Shown in pieces: positions 49,747 through 62,191 of a DNA stretch of 64,000 nucleotides. The notes below the pieces were generated by a model. That model was not told where the DNA came from. It made no database searches and saw nothing but the letters and a program-made list of their open reading frames with translations. Each line of letters starts with the position of its first letter. The stretch's first letter is position 1. The DNA is from Callorhinchus milii. Taxonomy: Eukaryota. The DNA lies in the NCBI RefSeq assembly GCF_018977255.1, contig NW_024704742.1, positions 132,124,001 to 132,188,000 of the forward strand. Direction: 5' to 3'. The position numbers and the translations under genes are program-made.

Positions 49747-50388
49747 TAATAATAATAATAATCCTTGCATTTGATATAGCGCTTTTCACGTCGGGAGGAC
49801 GTCCCAAAGCGCTTCACAGAATATACTGTAAAGTGAATTGACTGTATATTTGAGGGCGCACTCGGCAGCCAATTGCGCACAGCAATGTCCCACAAACAGT
49901 CGTAGATTGAAAATGACCAATTTATTATTGTTTTTGGTTTTGGAGGGATTATTATTAGGCTCTGTGTGGAGTAAGGAAACTTGCCCAAGGTTTCGCCCTC
50001 TGCCTGGAATTGAACTCAGGTCTCTCGCTTGCAAAGCGAGTGCTCTAACCACTGAGCTACAGGACTCCATAATAATAAAAATCCTTGCATTTGAAATAGT
50101 GCCTTTTCACGTCATTGAGACACCTCAAAGCTCTTAACGGAATCTATCATAAATTGGATTGACTTTGTATTTTGTGGGCGAAATGCAGCAGCTAATTGCA
50201 CACATCAGTGTCCCACAAACACTCATTGATTCAGTGACCACATTTTTTTTAACAAAAGGCACAAACAACCAGGTTCCTTCTTCCTGATAGCTAAACACAG
50301 GTGTGTGGAGTAAGGAAACTTGGGAATCAAACCCTGGTCATCTCGCTTGCAAGGTGAGCACGCTAACCACTGCGCTATGGGACTCCAT
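49747..50388 (-). mobile_element. Two tandem SINE family A copies (49747-50069 shortened subfamily; 50070-50388)
   Basis: Two reverse heads and tails. Confidence 0.9.
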
Positions 50389-50432
50389 TAACTCTAAAGC
50401 TTTGCATCATATATTTCCGTTAGTTATTACTG

Positions 50433-50877
50433 TGTGTCAGCCTGGTTCAGTTGGTAATACTCTTGCCTCTGTGTCACAAATGTTGTGAGCTGAAGCCCCA
50501 CGTCAGAAGTTCGAACTCATATAATCCAAGCTAACGTTCCAATGGAGTGCTTGGGGTTTTCTGGATTGTTGGAGGCACCATGCTTCAGATGAGACGTTAA
50601 ACCAAGGTCCTGTTCACCTGGTTAGGTCGACGTTAAAGATCCCATGGATTTATTTGAAAAGAGAAGGGAGTTTCTCCCGGTGTCCTGATCAGCCATACCC
50701 CGCAAAAAATTAGTCATTCATTTCATGCTGTGGGATATTTCTGTATGCAAATTGACTGCCATGTTTTTGCCCACAAAATATACAGTCGATTCACTTTACA
50801 GTATATTCTGTGAAGTGCTTTGCGATGTCTCGAAGGCGTGATAAGGCACTATATCAAATGCAAGGATTATTATTATT
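50433..50877 (+). mobile_element. SINE family B, full length, with A-type 3' end
   Basis: B head and Deu core; 3' part GCCCACAAAATATACAGTCGATTCACTTTACAG matches family A. Confidence 0.88.
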
Positions 50878-51036
50878 TTTATGTTCTCCTACAAATGCAC
50901 ATTACATTTTACAGTATATTCTGCGAAGCGCTTTGAGAAAACCTCCTGCCAAGAAAGGCTGCGTATCAAATGTAAAGATTATTATTAAAATTCCCAAAGC
51001 ATGTAATCATCTTCATCACATATTTACAATAAATAG

Positions 51037-51370
51037 TTAATATAAATAGGGACATTTCAAAAATCCTTGCTATATATTTTCATTATTATAAATAGGTTAA
51101 TTTAAAATATTTATTATCACATGGAAGATTTTGAAATATGCATTACCGATTTGCATGGATTATTATAAATAGAATATTTTGAAATTGTTAGCTTATATGC
51201 GTATTATTATAAATCGGATATTTTGAATTGTGCATTGCCTTATGTTTGAATTGGTTATTATAAATGGGAGATTTCAAAATCTTTTATCATTCGCTTGCAT
51301 TGGTTATTATAAATAGGATATTTTGAACGATTTTTGCTATATATTTCCATTATTATTATAAACAGAATGT
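51037..51370 (+). repeat. Degenerate ~49-bp tandem array, 8 units, core TTATTATAAATAGGATATTTTGAA
   Basis: Unit starts 51037, 51083, 51111, 51160, 51204, 51255, 51304, 51353. Confidence 0.85.
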
Positions 51371-51424
51371 GTTGCAATCTAATAACCAACACTGTTTACT
51401 TTACGGATAAATCTTTATTGAGCT

Positions 51425-51760
51425 GCAGTACTCCAGGGCACTGCTGATGACAGACCAGCCAGCCTGACCTGTTGGCAGGATTTGAGAGCCAATCCAGTCA
51501 ATCCCTGTTAACCCTGCAAGTTAAGGTCCTAACAGTAAGTGTGATGCTAGCTGGACAAGTGGTGGGGAAGCTTGCCATACTATGCTTTCAATGGCAACCT
51601 ATGCAGTTACTGCTGGTTAAACTCCAGCAGGACCCAAATGCACATTCTGGGGTCTCCAAGCCTTGGCTCACACTAACCTGCGGCTATCACAATCTGGTTT
51701 GGATAACCTCAATGGCAGGTTTCTGCATGTACCAGACAACAGACTGACCAAATAAAATAG
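51425..51760 (+). mobile_element. Family C copy
   Basis: CACTGCTGAT...GTTAACCCTGCAAG...CCAAGCCTTGGCTC...CAGACAACAGACTGACCAAATAAAA. Confidence 0.7.
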
Positions 51761-53011
51761 GCAAAAGGTAGCAGCACAACTTCATTTCTGGAACTAGCAT
51801 AAGGTTTGGATTAATAGAGAGTACTGCTTTGGTCAACCACAGCTCTGTTCTCATCTGACCCTGAGCAGTAATGGTACAAACAAAGCTCTTGTTAAACAGA
51901 GAGGATTGTGATTTTCTTTCAGTTTAATCCGAACACAAAGAGCGTCTGCGCAACGCACAACTTGAAGATGAACACCTCTTAATACGTTGAGATGAGTTTG
52001 CAATCTGTCTCACTCTATGAACTCACATCTATCTCCTGCTAATGCGCTGCCTATATTTGTGAGTGAGTGATGCCACACAGCAGAGGCTGCAATAAGAACA
52101 ACTAACAGACAAGCATACCGCGCTCCACAAATTTCAGTACACGTCGATTATCTGCTTATCTGAATTGTGCAGTTATTTTTCTCTGTGATTAATGAACAGA
52201 CACGCAAATATATTTTAATTCTATCGGGTGACTCAATGAGGCCCCAGTCAATTTCAGATGGCTTGATAAATGGGAAGCAATAGACGTTGAAATATTTTAC
52301 CAGCCATTCACAAAAGAAAGGCAACTTGCATTTGTAATGAGCTCACAGTCCGCCTGGAGCCAGAGTCAAGAGCTGGGGGGAATTCTCTTGCAATGTCACA
52401 AATGCCAACCTACCTGAGAGATATTAAACAGAGGCCCCCGTCTGCCTGTTAAGGTGGACGTTAAAGATTCCCGTAGCATTGTTCGAAAAGAGAATGGAGT
52501 TTCTCCCAATGTTGTGGCCAGCAATCCCCCAGAGAAAAATGGTCACTCACTTCATGGCTGTTTCTGAGACATTGCTGTGCTTCACGATGAACCAAAGGAA
52601 AGGATTGTTTTTAAAATAAGGCACTTACACAAATGTAGGTCATGGAAGTGCTTAACATTGGGAGCACCAAGTAAGAAAATGGAAGAATTTTGACATTTTA
52701 GAGATAACAAGGGCTCACTCAAAGAGGTGAATAACGGAGTCAATTTGATATTTACTAATAACAATAATAATATTTTTGTTTGATATAGTGCCTTTTACAT
52801 CAGAAGGATGCTCTGAAGCACTTCACAGAATTGCCAGTAAAGTGTAATGACTGTGTGTTATTTAGGCGAACATTTTCCACTGAGTGGTTTTGTGTTGCTC
52901 ACACATTCACGTTTACCCAGAAAGTCACTTGATGCAGGTTGTATTAAAACCTGAGTTAATCTGGATTCCAGGAGTCTAGAGACCTACTACCTAAAACACA
53001 GTCGTAAAAAT

Positions 53012-53280
53012 ACAACCCAATTTACATTCATGCAGCGCCAGTCACATCAGGAGGATGTCTCAAAGTGCCTGACAAAGCTGGATGGGCACCCAAGTTAGAG
53101 GTGGAGCTAAGGGGCAAGGGTAGGTGAAAAGATGAGGTACATCTTGAATGAGAGGATGGAGGCAGTGAGTCAAAGGGACTCCAGGATTGAGTTCCAGAGA
53201 GCTGGGGAAGAATGGGGTACGGCCAATAGTGAAGGCAGATAGGGCGGGGGGACATGAAGCAGGCCAGTATTCGCTGTGCG
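53012..53280 (-). mobile_element. L2 3' end, degenerate
   Basis: Reverse tail; GAGTTCCAGAGAG motif. Confidence 0.7.
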
Positions 53281-54279
53281 AAGAGAGTGGCTGGGTTGGT
53301 GCAGTTCTGCAAGAAGGTAACAAATGGACATTAATTGATTTCATTAAGCGATCCGACATGCTGCCCAGCATTAAAGGCGCTATACAAACACAAGTTGTTG
53401 TTAGTCTTGTTGAATGAGACGCTCCTCAATCTTTCTCCTTATTCCCAGTATTTCTGTGAACTACAGCGTTTGCTGAAATCTCTGAATGTCTGATCATTTT
53501 CCCCTCTAATTGTTTGATACAGGCTGTTGACACATACATATATATATATATTCGCTGCGGTGCTTTGCAAAGTCTGACGGCCTTTGACTGACATTGATGA
53601 AACTGACATCAGCACTTCATTATGAGAGATGGTACTAGACGTTGACATGATGCAAATCCAATCAAGACTCCTCTCCCCTCAATGTATTTGTTGAAGCATT
53701 TTGACGCACTGGCAAGTTTTATGCCCTTTTACACCAGATTTTTTTTTAATTTGCTAAAACCTCAACGTGCTTCACAGGCACACCGGTGTCGGAGGCGTCA
53801 ATGTCAAACAGCGCCCCGTGCAAATTAATCTTACTGATATTTTTCACGCAAGGATCTTGGATGTATTTTCTCCCCCCTCATTTAACAGCTGCCATAAAGA
53901 TAGCAAAGTGCTGGTTCTGATTTACCTTATTGTAGGGGACTGGGTGACAAAAGTCAGATGAAAGGCTGTGCTCTCGCCGCTGGGAGTTGAGTTCCAATCT
54001 GACTCAAACTGATGGGCTGGGGATGTCTTATCTCTCTGGAGGCTATAATAGTCATAAACGAAATGAAGCTGCCCCTCTTTCTACTGGATATGCGGACACA
54101 ATTCAACCTTCTGACTCGGTCACCAGAGGCTGAGTAGTCCAGGCTTGTTATATTATTCACAGTGATTTCAAAGGGCTGTAGCTGCTTTCTCTCTCCGATT
54201 TTGGGATGAAAGCACAATGCTTAGAGGTGGGGGGAGGAAGAGAATTCACTCCGCACAGAACTCCGCACAGGAATATTTT

Positions 54280-54545
54280 TTCCTTTCTCCACTCGCCTCT
54301 GTTCACCTAGCAGTAAGAAGGAACCCAGTTGTTAGTCGATTGGCGGATCGCTTTCTGGGGTCAGTAATCCCGTCCCCCAAAAAATAATAATTTGGTCACT
54401 CAATCCATGACTGTTTTTGGGACACTGTTGTGCTGCTGTGTTTCGCCCACAAATATACTGTCACTTCACCTCACGGTATATTCTGTGAAGCGTTTTGAGA
54501 CGTGTCGACAACAGTTATATCAAATACAAAGATTACTGTTATTAT
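54280..54545 (+). mobile_element. SINE family A, headless
   Basis: GCCTCTGTTCACCTAGCAGTAAG body and tail. Confidence 0.85.
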
Positions 54546-54829
54546 CATTTCTCATTGCTATGTCGCTAATCAGTACAAAATATGCCACAGAAAACGATGT
54601 TAATTAAGCGTTTTTCCAAAGGTTTCTGGATACTTTTGTGCTGTCCATCTTGCAGGACAACAATTGTTTCAGGGCAGGTTCATCTTTCTTGTTGTGACTG
54701 TGACATCTTCTGATCTGTTTGCCGATCAGCATGGATGGAAGCGTATTTGTGCCTTCATGCTTGTGCCACGCAGAAAAGGTTCCTCCACGCATCTCTCAAG
54801 ATAAAACGATCCCAGGTGAGCAGTCCACT

Positions 54830-55290
54830 CATAGAAACACAGAAACATAGAAGCAGTAGAGTAGCCCATTTAGCCCCAAGAGCATTCTATAAGATCATGT
54901 CTGAACAAATATCTATTCACCTCAGTCTTAAAGATGTGAATGGATCCATCATCCACAGCCTTTTGGTGGAGAGAGTTCCAGATTTCCACTACCCTTTGGG
55001 TGAAAAACAGCCTCCTAATTTCACTCCTAAATAACCTAGCTCTAATTTTAAGATTATGCCCCCTTGTTTTGGATTCGCCCACCAGAGGAAATAGTTTCTC
55101 TGTATCTACTCTATTAAATCCCGTTATTATTTTATAAACTGCAATCAGATCTCCCCTCAACCTTCTAAACTCAAGAGAATAGAAGTTTATGCAACCTGTC
55201 CTCATAATTTAACCGCTTAAACTTTGGTATCATTCTGGTGAATCTATGATGCAACCCCTCCAGAGCCAATATAACCTTCCTGGGGTGCCC
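54830..55290 (-). mobile_element. CR1 LINE 3' fragment
   Basis: SLEFRRLRGDLIAVYKII...KTRGHNLKI...FFTQRVVEIWNSL. Confidence 0.93.
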
Positions 55291-55603
55291 TCTCTCTCTC
55301 CTCTCTCTCTCTCGCACAAATCCACAGGGACGTATTGCAGACGAAGTCATCGACAACTGAGTCAAACAGTGGCAACAAACCAGCACCATCATTGGCATTA
55401 GTTCGTTGTTCCACACACACACACATTACAAACAAAAGCTATCTATAAATAGCAGACTCGAAAGCGACTGCTCTAAAGATGTCTGCGGCTGCATATCCAG
55501 GCAACTGGTCACCAACACATCAGCTGAGACCACAACCTTTTAAAGAGTAAGGGATAAACATTTGAACACGAATCGATGTGAGGTGGTGAAGAATTTTAAA
55601 TAG

Positions 55604-55762
55604 CATTTCAGAGTGTCCAGAATTTGGTAAATTCTTAAATACAGTCTTGATTTAAAAAAAAATTCTGCATGTTTTTTAAATAAACCATGGAGGGCAGTGG
55701 GGGGTACTTGAAAATCAAGACGGTATTGAAGAATTTGACAAATTCTGGACACTCTGAAAATG
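55604..55762. mobile_element. MITE-like foldback with 48-bp inverted arms (44/48)
   Basis: 55606-55653 versus 55712-55759, 58-nt spacer. Confidence 0.85.
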
Positions 55763-56521
55763 TGAAGGAAATATGATTCAATTTAATCCTCGGTGGAATT
55801 TCTTGCATATTAAAATTAGCAATTAATTCCCTGTTCCCTCACCATAATCTTTAACAACAACCAAAACAACTTGCATTTATATAGCTCCCCTCACGCAGGA
55901 TAGTATCTCAGAGCGCCTTTAATAGCTCTAGTGGAAAGCCGGTATTTTCCCACAACAACTAACAACAACTTGCATTTATATAGCGCCACTCAAGCAGGCT
56001 AGAGTCCCAGAAAGCTTTGGGATTCGCAAAACTCTCCCCTTTCAGAAATTTCCGTTCGCAATCCAATATTCGCCATCCGATTGGAGACCAAAATCCACAT
56101 TGAGTAGCACATTTTAGAGTCGCTCTGGGAAGCTGCAGACACAGGAGAAGAATCTTTGTTGGGCTAATTACTTCCCAAATAGTTAAGTGCTTTTTTCCAG
56201 CATCATGAATGGCGAACACACACCAACTGCAGAAGCACTGAGAAGAATATCAGGTCTTCCAGCTATCCACAACATACATCCATAATGTTGAGAGCCCAAT
56301 CTATTCCCCCTCCGTCAGCATATTTCATGTAGCAATGTTGCCAGCAGAAGGACAATTGCCTCTTAAGTGCAGAAATAGTGTGTGTATAACAGTGGCCTGA
56401 AACTTTTGTCTTTGCTCTTTACGCAGTATATCTAACCAGTGATGAATGTAACAACATGACCTCACCCTAGCAATACTGTAACAGACAGTGGTAGAGATTC
56501 AAGCAGTAAATGAGCAGTCCA

Positions 56522-56775
56522 ACAATAATAATAATAATCCTTACATTTGGCACGTCGGGAGGATGTCTCAAAGTGCTTCACAGATATACTATAAAGTGCA
56601 GTGACCATGTGGGAAAATGTGACAGCCAATTTGCAAATTGCCCCACAAACAGCCATGAAGTGAATAATCAATTTTATTTGAGGAATTGTTTTTACAGGAC
56701 ACCTGGAAAGAGAAACTCGCTTCTCTTTTTTCGAATAATGCCGTGGGATCTTTACTATTCTCCTGAACAGGCGCA
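56522..56775 (-). mobile_element. SINE family B, 3' half
   Basis: Tail and Deu core. Confidence 0.85.
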
Positions 56776-56869
56776 TGGGGCTTCAAAAGGCAAGTCAGGT
56801 GTCTTCAATAAATGGAAGGAGTCAATAAATGAACAAGGCAACAACTACTCACGTACACACAACACTTTC

Positions 56870-57640
56870 ATCTCAAAGCGCTTCACACAGCTGACTTAGG
56901 AGTCTGACTAGATGCAACTGTGTGTGTTTTGGGGGCTGGGGAGGTCGCCGAAAGCGTGGGACAAAAGATAAAACTAACGCACGTTTGAAGATGGGGAGGG
57001 AGGGAGTGAGGCGAGGGACTCCAGGATGGAGTTCCAGAGAGAGGGGGGCAGAATTCTCAACCATCAATGATAGAGTAGATAGGGTGAGCGATATGAAGCA
57101 GGCCATTGTTAGCTGAGCAGAGAGAGGGATTTGAAAGCAAAGACCTTGAATTCGATCTGCTGAGCGTTGGGGAGCCAGCGGAGCCAAGCGAGGATGGAGA
57201 TGATGGGCTGACACAACCTGGTGTGAGAGAAGAGTTGGGGCTGCAGAGGTCTGGGCAATCTGTAGCTTGTGAACGGAGGAGCTGGGCAGTCTGGCAAGCA
57301 GAGTATTGGAATTTCATGTAGGGTGAGCCTTCCAAAGCGCTTGACACTGTTGACTGGTCACCTGAGCTGGGGTGAGAGGCAGCGGGGGTGGGGAGGGAGA
57401 GATGACCAAAAGCACGGTCAAAGAGGGAGTTTATTGAGACGGACCTTGAATATGATGAGGGGAGGAGCGAGTCAAAGGAATGGAGTTTTGCAGATTGAAA
57501 TCCCACCCGCACATCGATGGTGGACTGGATGGTGCGGGGGACATGAAGCAGGCTGAGCAGGGAGTAGCAGGGAGGGTAGGGTGGAAGGTGGACACAGAGG
57601 TAAGGTGGAGTGAGACCGTTGATGGACTTTAAAGGCGAAT
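56870..57640 (-). mobile_element. Two old L2 3' fragments
   Basis: ILAWLRWLPNAQQIEFKV; SLFDRAFGHL. Confidence 0.78.
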
Positions 57641-58323
57641 GGGCTGAGTGGCCCTGTTTCCCTGCTGAAGGTATTTCTGCTTCTATGTTTACAAACCAGA
57701 AGTTAAAACATATTTTTAGCGAGGACTGGTTTTAGTTTAGGAACGATTTAAGAACAGCTGTCATCTTTGAAACCAGCTCTTCCAGGCACCCCACCCCTGT
57801 CATCTGTGCCACGGGCTAACATCATTCTCCAGGCAATAAGTGTGTGAGCATCAAATGAAGTCGAGCGCATATCATATTTGAGACTCAATTTGACATCAGA
57901 CAACCTCAGGTTGTCATGTTCCATCTGACTCAACTTATTCCCAGAGCATTACCACAACAAATCCCAGGTCCTGCCGTAAAAGATCGTCACATGAATAAGA
58001 AATGGCAACACGTGTTTAAAACATGAGACTTGGTGAGGTTCATTAGTTAAAGAGCGTTCAGGAGGTCTGAGCACTGAGAAACAATTTTTCGTGAATGGGC
58101 GAGCGGGAAAATAATAATATATTATAATAATCCTTGCATTTGATATAGGGCTGTATCACATTTTCAAGACGTCTCAAAGCGCTTCAGAGAATACACCGTA
58201 AAGTGAATCGACTGTGTATTTTGTGGGTGAAGAAAGCATAACAGAGAAAAAGCAAGGTAAATAATAATAATAGTAATCCTTCATAACACTCCTTATTAGT
58301 AATCCTTACATTTTGTATAAAGC

Positions 58324-59020
58324 TAATATGCAGGTACAGCAAGCAATCAGAAGGTTAGTATGCAGGTACAGCAAGCAATTAGGAAGGCTAATAGCATGTT
58401 AGCGTTTATTGCAAAGGGGTTAGAGTACAAGAGTAGAGAAGTCTTGCTGCAATTGTATCGGGCCTTGGTGAGACCGCACCTGGAATATTGTGTGCAGAAA
58501 GGATATACTTGCCTTAGAGGGGGAGCTATGTAGGTTCACTAGGTTGGTTCCTGGGATGAGGGGGTTTACCTACGAGGAGAGGTTGAGTAGACTCGGCCCA
58601 TATTCTCTAGAATATAGAAGTTAGCGATGATCTTATAGAAACCTATAAGATTCTTAAGGGTCTTGACAGGGTAGATAGTATGAGACTGTTTCCCCTGGTT
58701 GGAGAATCTAGAACTAGAGGTCAAAGTCTCAGGATTAAAGGTCAGACATTTAGAACTGAGTTGAGAAAACATTTCTTCACTCAGAGAGTAGTGAATTTAT
58801 GGAATTCTCTACCCCAGAAGGCTGTGAATGCTCAGTCGTTGAACATATTCAAGACTGAGATCGATAGATTTTTAAAAACTAAAGGGATTAATGGATTTGG
58901 GGATAGGGCGGGTAAATGGAATTAGGTTAGATCAGCCATGATCTTATTAAATGGCAGGGCAGGGCCGAGGAGCCGAATGGCCTACTCCTGCTCTTATTTC
59001 TTATGTTCTTACGTTCTTAT
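58324..59020 (+). mobile_element. CR1 LINE 3' fragment
   Basis: RLFPLVGESRTRGQSLRIKG...FFTQRVVNLWNSLPQKAV; tail GCCGAATGGCCTACTCCTGCT..(TTCTTATG)n. Confidence 0.95.
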
Positions 59021-59781
59021 GTATATGCCTTTCATTTTGGAAAATCTCTCAAAGCACTTCACAGGATATACTGCAAAGTGACTGTGCTTTTGTGGGTGAA
59101 CATGGCATACAATTCACACAACAAACAGCCATGAAGTTTTATTTGTGGGATTGTTGGTCAGGAAACTGGGGTAAATGCCCTTCGAGAAATAGTGAGTAAG
59201 AGTCAAATAAGGAAGAGAAAAATTAAAAGCCCTTTATCCTATCATCAAGATGCCTCAAAGCACTTCACAGGATGTACTGTAAAGTGTAGAGACTGTGTAG
59301 TGGAACAACTCGAAGTTCCGACATGGGGCTTGAACCTGCAAGCTTCGGACTCCAAGACAAGAGTGTTATCTTTTGAGCCAGGAACCAGATATCAAAAGAG
59401 CCTGAAGGAAAATCAACTGGAAAGATCCATTAAAAGCAAAATGCAAAGAAAATACAAACTGCAGATGGCAGGAAGAAAGATCTTTCAACAAACATTCAGC
59501 TGTGTAAGCTGTAGCTAGAGAGCACTTAGGCCCATTGAGTATTTTATAGATGATCATCTGAAAGATGGGAAATATGTTGAATGCATTTTTCGCTCCAGTT
59601 TTCACAAAGGGAAGAATGCAAATATACCCTTGATACAAAATGACTTAGGAATCCATAGTGGTTCTGGAATTTAGTCAAATGTGGGTAATGAAGAAATATA
59701 GAAATTAAATGAAATAAAGTCCATAGATGTTAAGAGTTTCAACTGTTTTGCAGAAATTATTGTCATGTGTGGAGACTCTTG

Positions 59782-60320
59782 ATAATAATAATCCTTGCAT
59801 TTGATATAGTGCCTTATCAGGTTGTCGAGATGTCTCAAAGTGCTTAACAGAATATGTTGTTAAGTGAATTGACTGTATATTTTGTAGGCAAAATGTGGCA
59901 GGCAATTGCGCACAGCAGTGTCCCACAAAGAGTTGTGGATTTAATATAAGCAAATGCGACTGCCGATTTTTGGGGGATTGTCCGTCAGGACCTCGGGAGA
60001 ATCCCAGTTGTCTTTACATGGGATCTTTATGTCCACCAGGACAGGCTTAGACATTAAACCAAGATCTTGTCTATCTATTCAGATGGACATTAAAGATCCC
60101 ACAGCACTATTACAAAAAGAAAAGGAAGTTTCTCCTGGTGTCCCGACCATCAATCCGTCAGAAAAAAAATAATCATTCAATTCATGGCCATTTGTGGAAC
60201 ATATGCTATGTGCAAGTTAGCTGCTGTAAAAATCACAACCCTTTGCAGTAAAGTTCTGTGAAGAGATTTAAGACATTTCAACAATGTGATTAGGCGCTAC
60301 ATCAAATGCACAGATTATTA
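59782..60320. mobile_element. SINE cluster: A tail (-), B fragment (-), B 3' part (+)
   Basis: Family motifs. Confidence 0.78.
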
Positions 60321-61407
60321 TAATTGATTTTCCTACATGTTCATGTTGGGCAGAAAAAAGTTTAAGTTTATGTGTCTTTAAGGGATTTTCTTCTAAAGGA
60401 TGGTGTGCCTTTGCTTATGAAATGCCCCAAACACCTAGAACTCCCTGCTTCAATTCTTCCCACCTCGTTCTATCTTTTCCTGTCTTCACATTGCACCTCA
60501 GATCTTCCTTTTTGACTGTGCCTATGGTTACCTCCTCTCTCTGCCCAGCCCAGTGTCAAACCATGTCATTGTTAAGTGTTCTGAGATGCTACCCCAGCAT
60601 GAATGGCACTGTAGTAAGTTATTGTTGGTAAATATAGCCAGTCCTGTTTGTCACTGACAAAGGAAACTTTTAGAGGGTACGAAGATTGTAAAAATCAAGA
60701 CAAGACAAGACAAATATAGTACACCATTAATTGAACACAGCTATAAAACTAGAGAGTGCTTATGAAATTGTATTATGTAAGAAGAAATACAAGAGGGAGC
60801 TATAAAGATCAAGACCTACATCTTCAACCAGAAGATAAAACTGTGAGTTTGATTACACAAGGCTGAGAGAGAAAAAAATGATTCAGTGTTGAACTATGCA
60901 AGATAATGGATTAACTGTTCACAAATTCAGGGTAAGTCTTACTTTCCATTCAGATCAATAACTATCTGAGGTTCGCTATTATATATCTACCTGACAGACA
61001 GTCTAGTTGGAATATAACCTATGTAGATTGTAGCCACAACTTTTACAAGATTCTGTTTAATACAAATTACACATTTGCCAATAGATCCTTCATATTTTTG
61101 AATTGTATTTAAGCTATACCTATCCTATAAACTTGTGCTTGGATTTCCTTCAAGATGAGATACTAACCTTCCTGCCTAGCTGACTCACTTCAGGTGGAGT
61201 TGCAGATTGTAAAATCTTGGGTTTAAATGCTGATGAATCTAAAATAATAATAATAATTTTTGCATTTGGTGTAGTGCCTTATCATGTAATCCATACATCT
61301 CAAAGCACTTAACAGGATTTTACTGTGAAGTGTAGTGACTGTATATTTGGTAGGTGAACTGGTGGATCTCCTCACCCTTTCAAGGTTGAACAATTGAATA
61401 AACATGT

Positions 61408-61712
61408 AGAGTCCTGTAGTTCAGTGGTTAGAGCACTTATCTCGCAAGTGAGAGACCTGGGTTTGATTCCCGGCAGGATGAAATGTTGGGTAAGTTTCCT
61501 TATTCCACACGCCTCTGTTTACCTAGCGGTAAGTAGGAACCCAGTTGTTAGTTGATTGGTGGATCGCTTTTCCAGGGCCAATAATTCCTTAAAAAAAATT
61601 AATTGGTCGCTTCAACCCATGACTGTTTGCGGGACACTGCTGTGAAGTGCTTTGAGACTTCCCAAAGAAGTGATAAGGCGCTATATCAAATGCAAGGATT
61701 ATTATTATTATC
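61408..61712 (+). mobile_element. SINE family A with deletion in 3' body
   Basis: Clean head; CACTGCTGTG joins directly to AAGTGCTTTGAGAC (CTGTG microhomology). Confidence 0.9.
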
Positions 61713-62191
61713 ATAAAAAAAATCCTCATTGTGAGGGAGGGCAGTGGGAGTCTCTGTGGGACTGAATTGTTCACGAGGAGAGATACCTGACAAAGCTAGG
61801 CAACTCCACAGGAACTCTTGGTGGTGTGGTAATGCCTACAAGCTTACAAACTAAAGCCCCAATGGATATATGATGGTCTATGTGCCATATATTGCATTAC
61901 AATGCAATACAATTTATACAGTACCTTTCACGTCAGGAGGACATGCTGTGGTTATGCAGCATCCTTTATCACTTAGACCCCATAGGCAATGCAGAGGCCA
62001 ATTCCCATAATGAGTTGGTCACAGTTGGAGTATTGTGTCTAGTTTGGGGCTAGAAGGATGTAAAACCCATAAATAGGGTTACAAGGACATAACAATCAAG
62101 AAAATAACAATCCCTTCTTCACAATATACCCAGTCAATCCACTGAACAATATATTCTGTGAAGTGCTTTGAGACATCTCAACGACGGGATT

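Noticed and set aside
51037..51370. CRISPR-like repeat/spacer appearance
   Set aside because: Repeats are inexact, the linkers are related to each other, there are no cas genes, and the context is vertebrate
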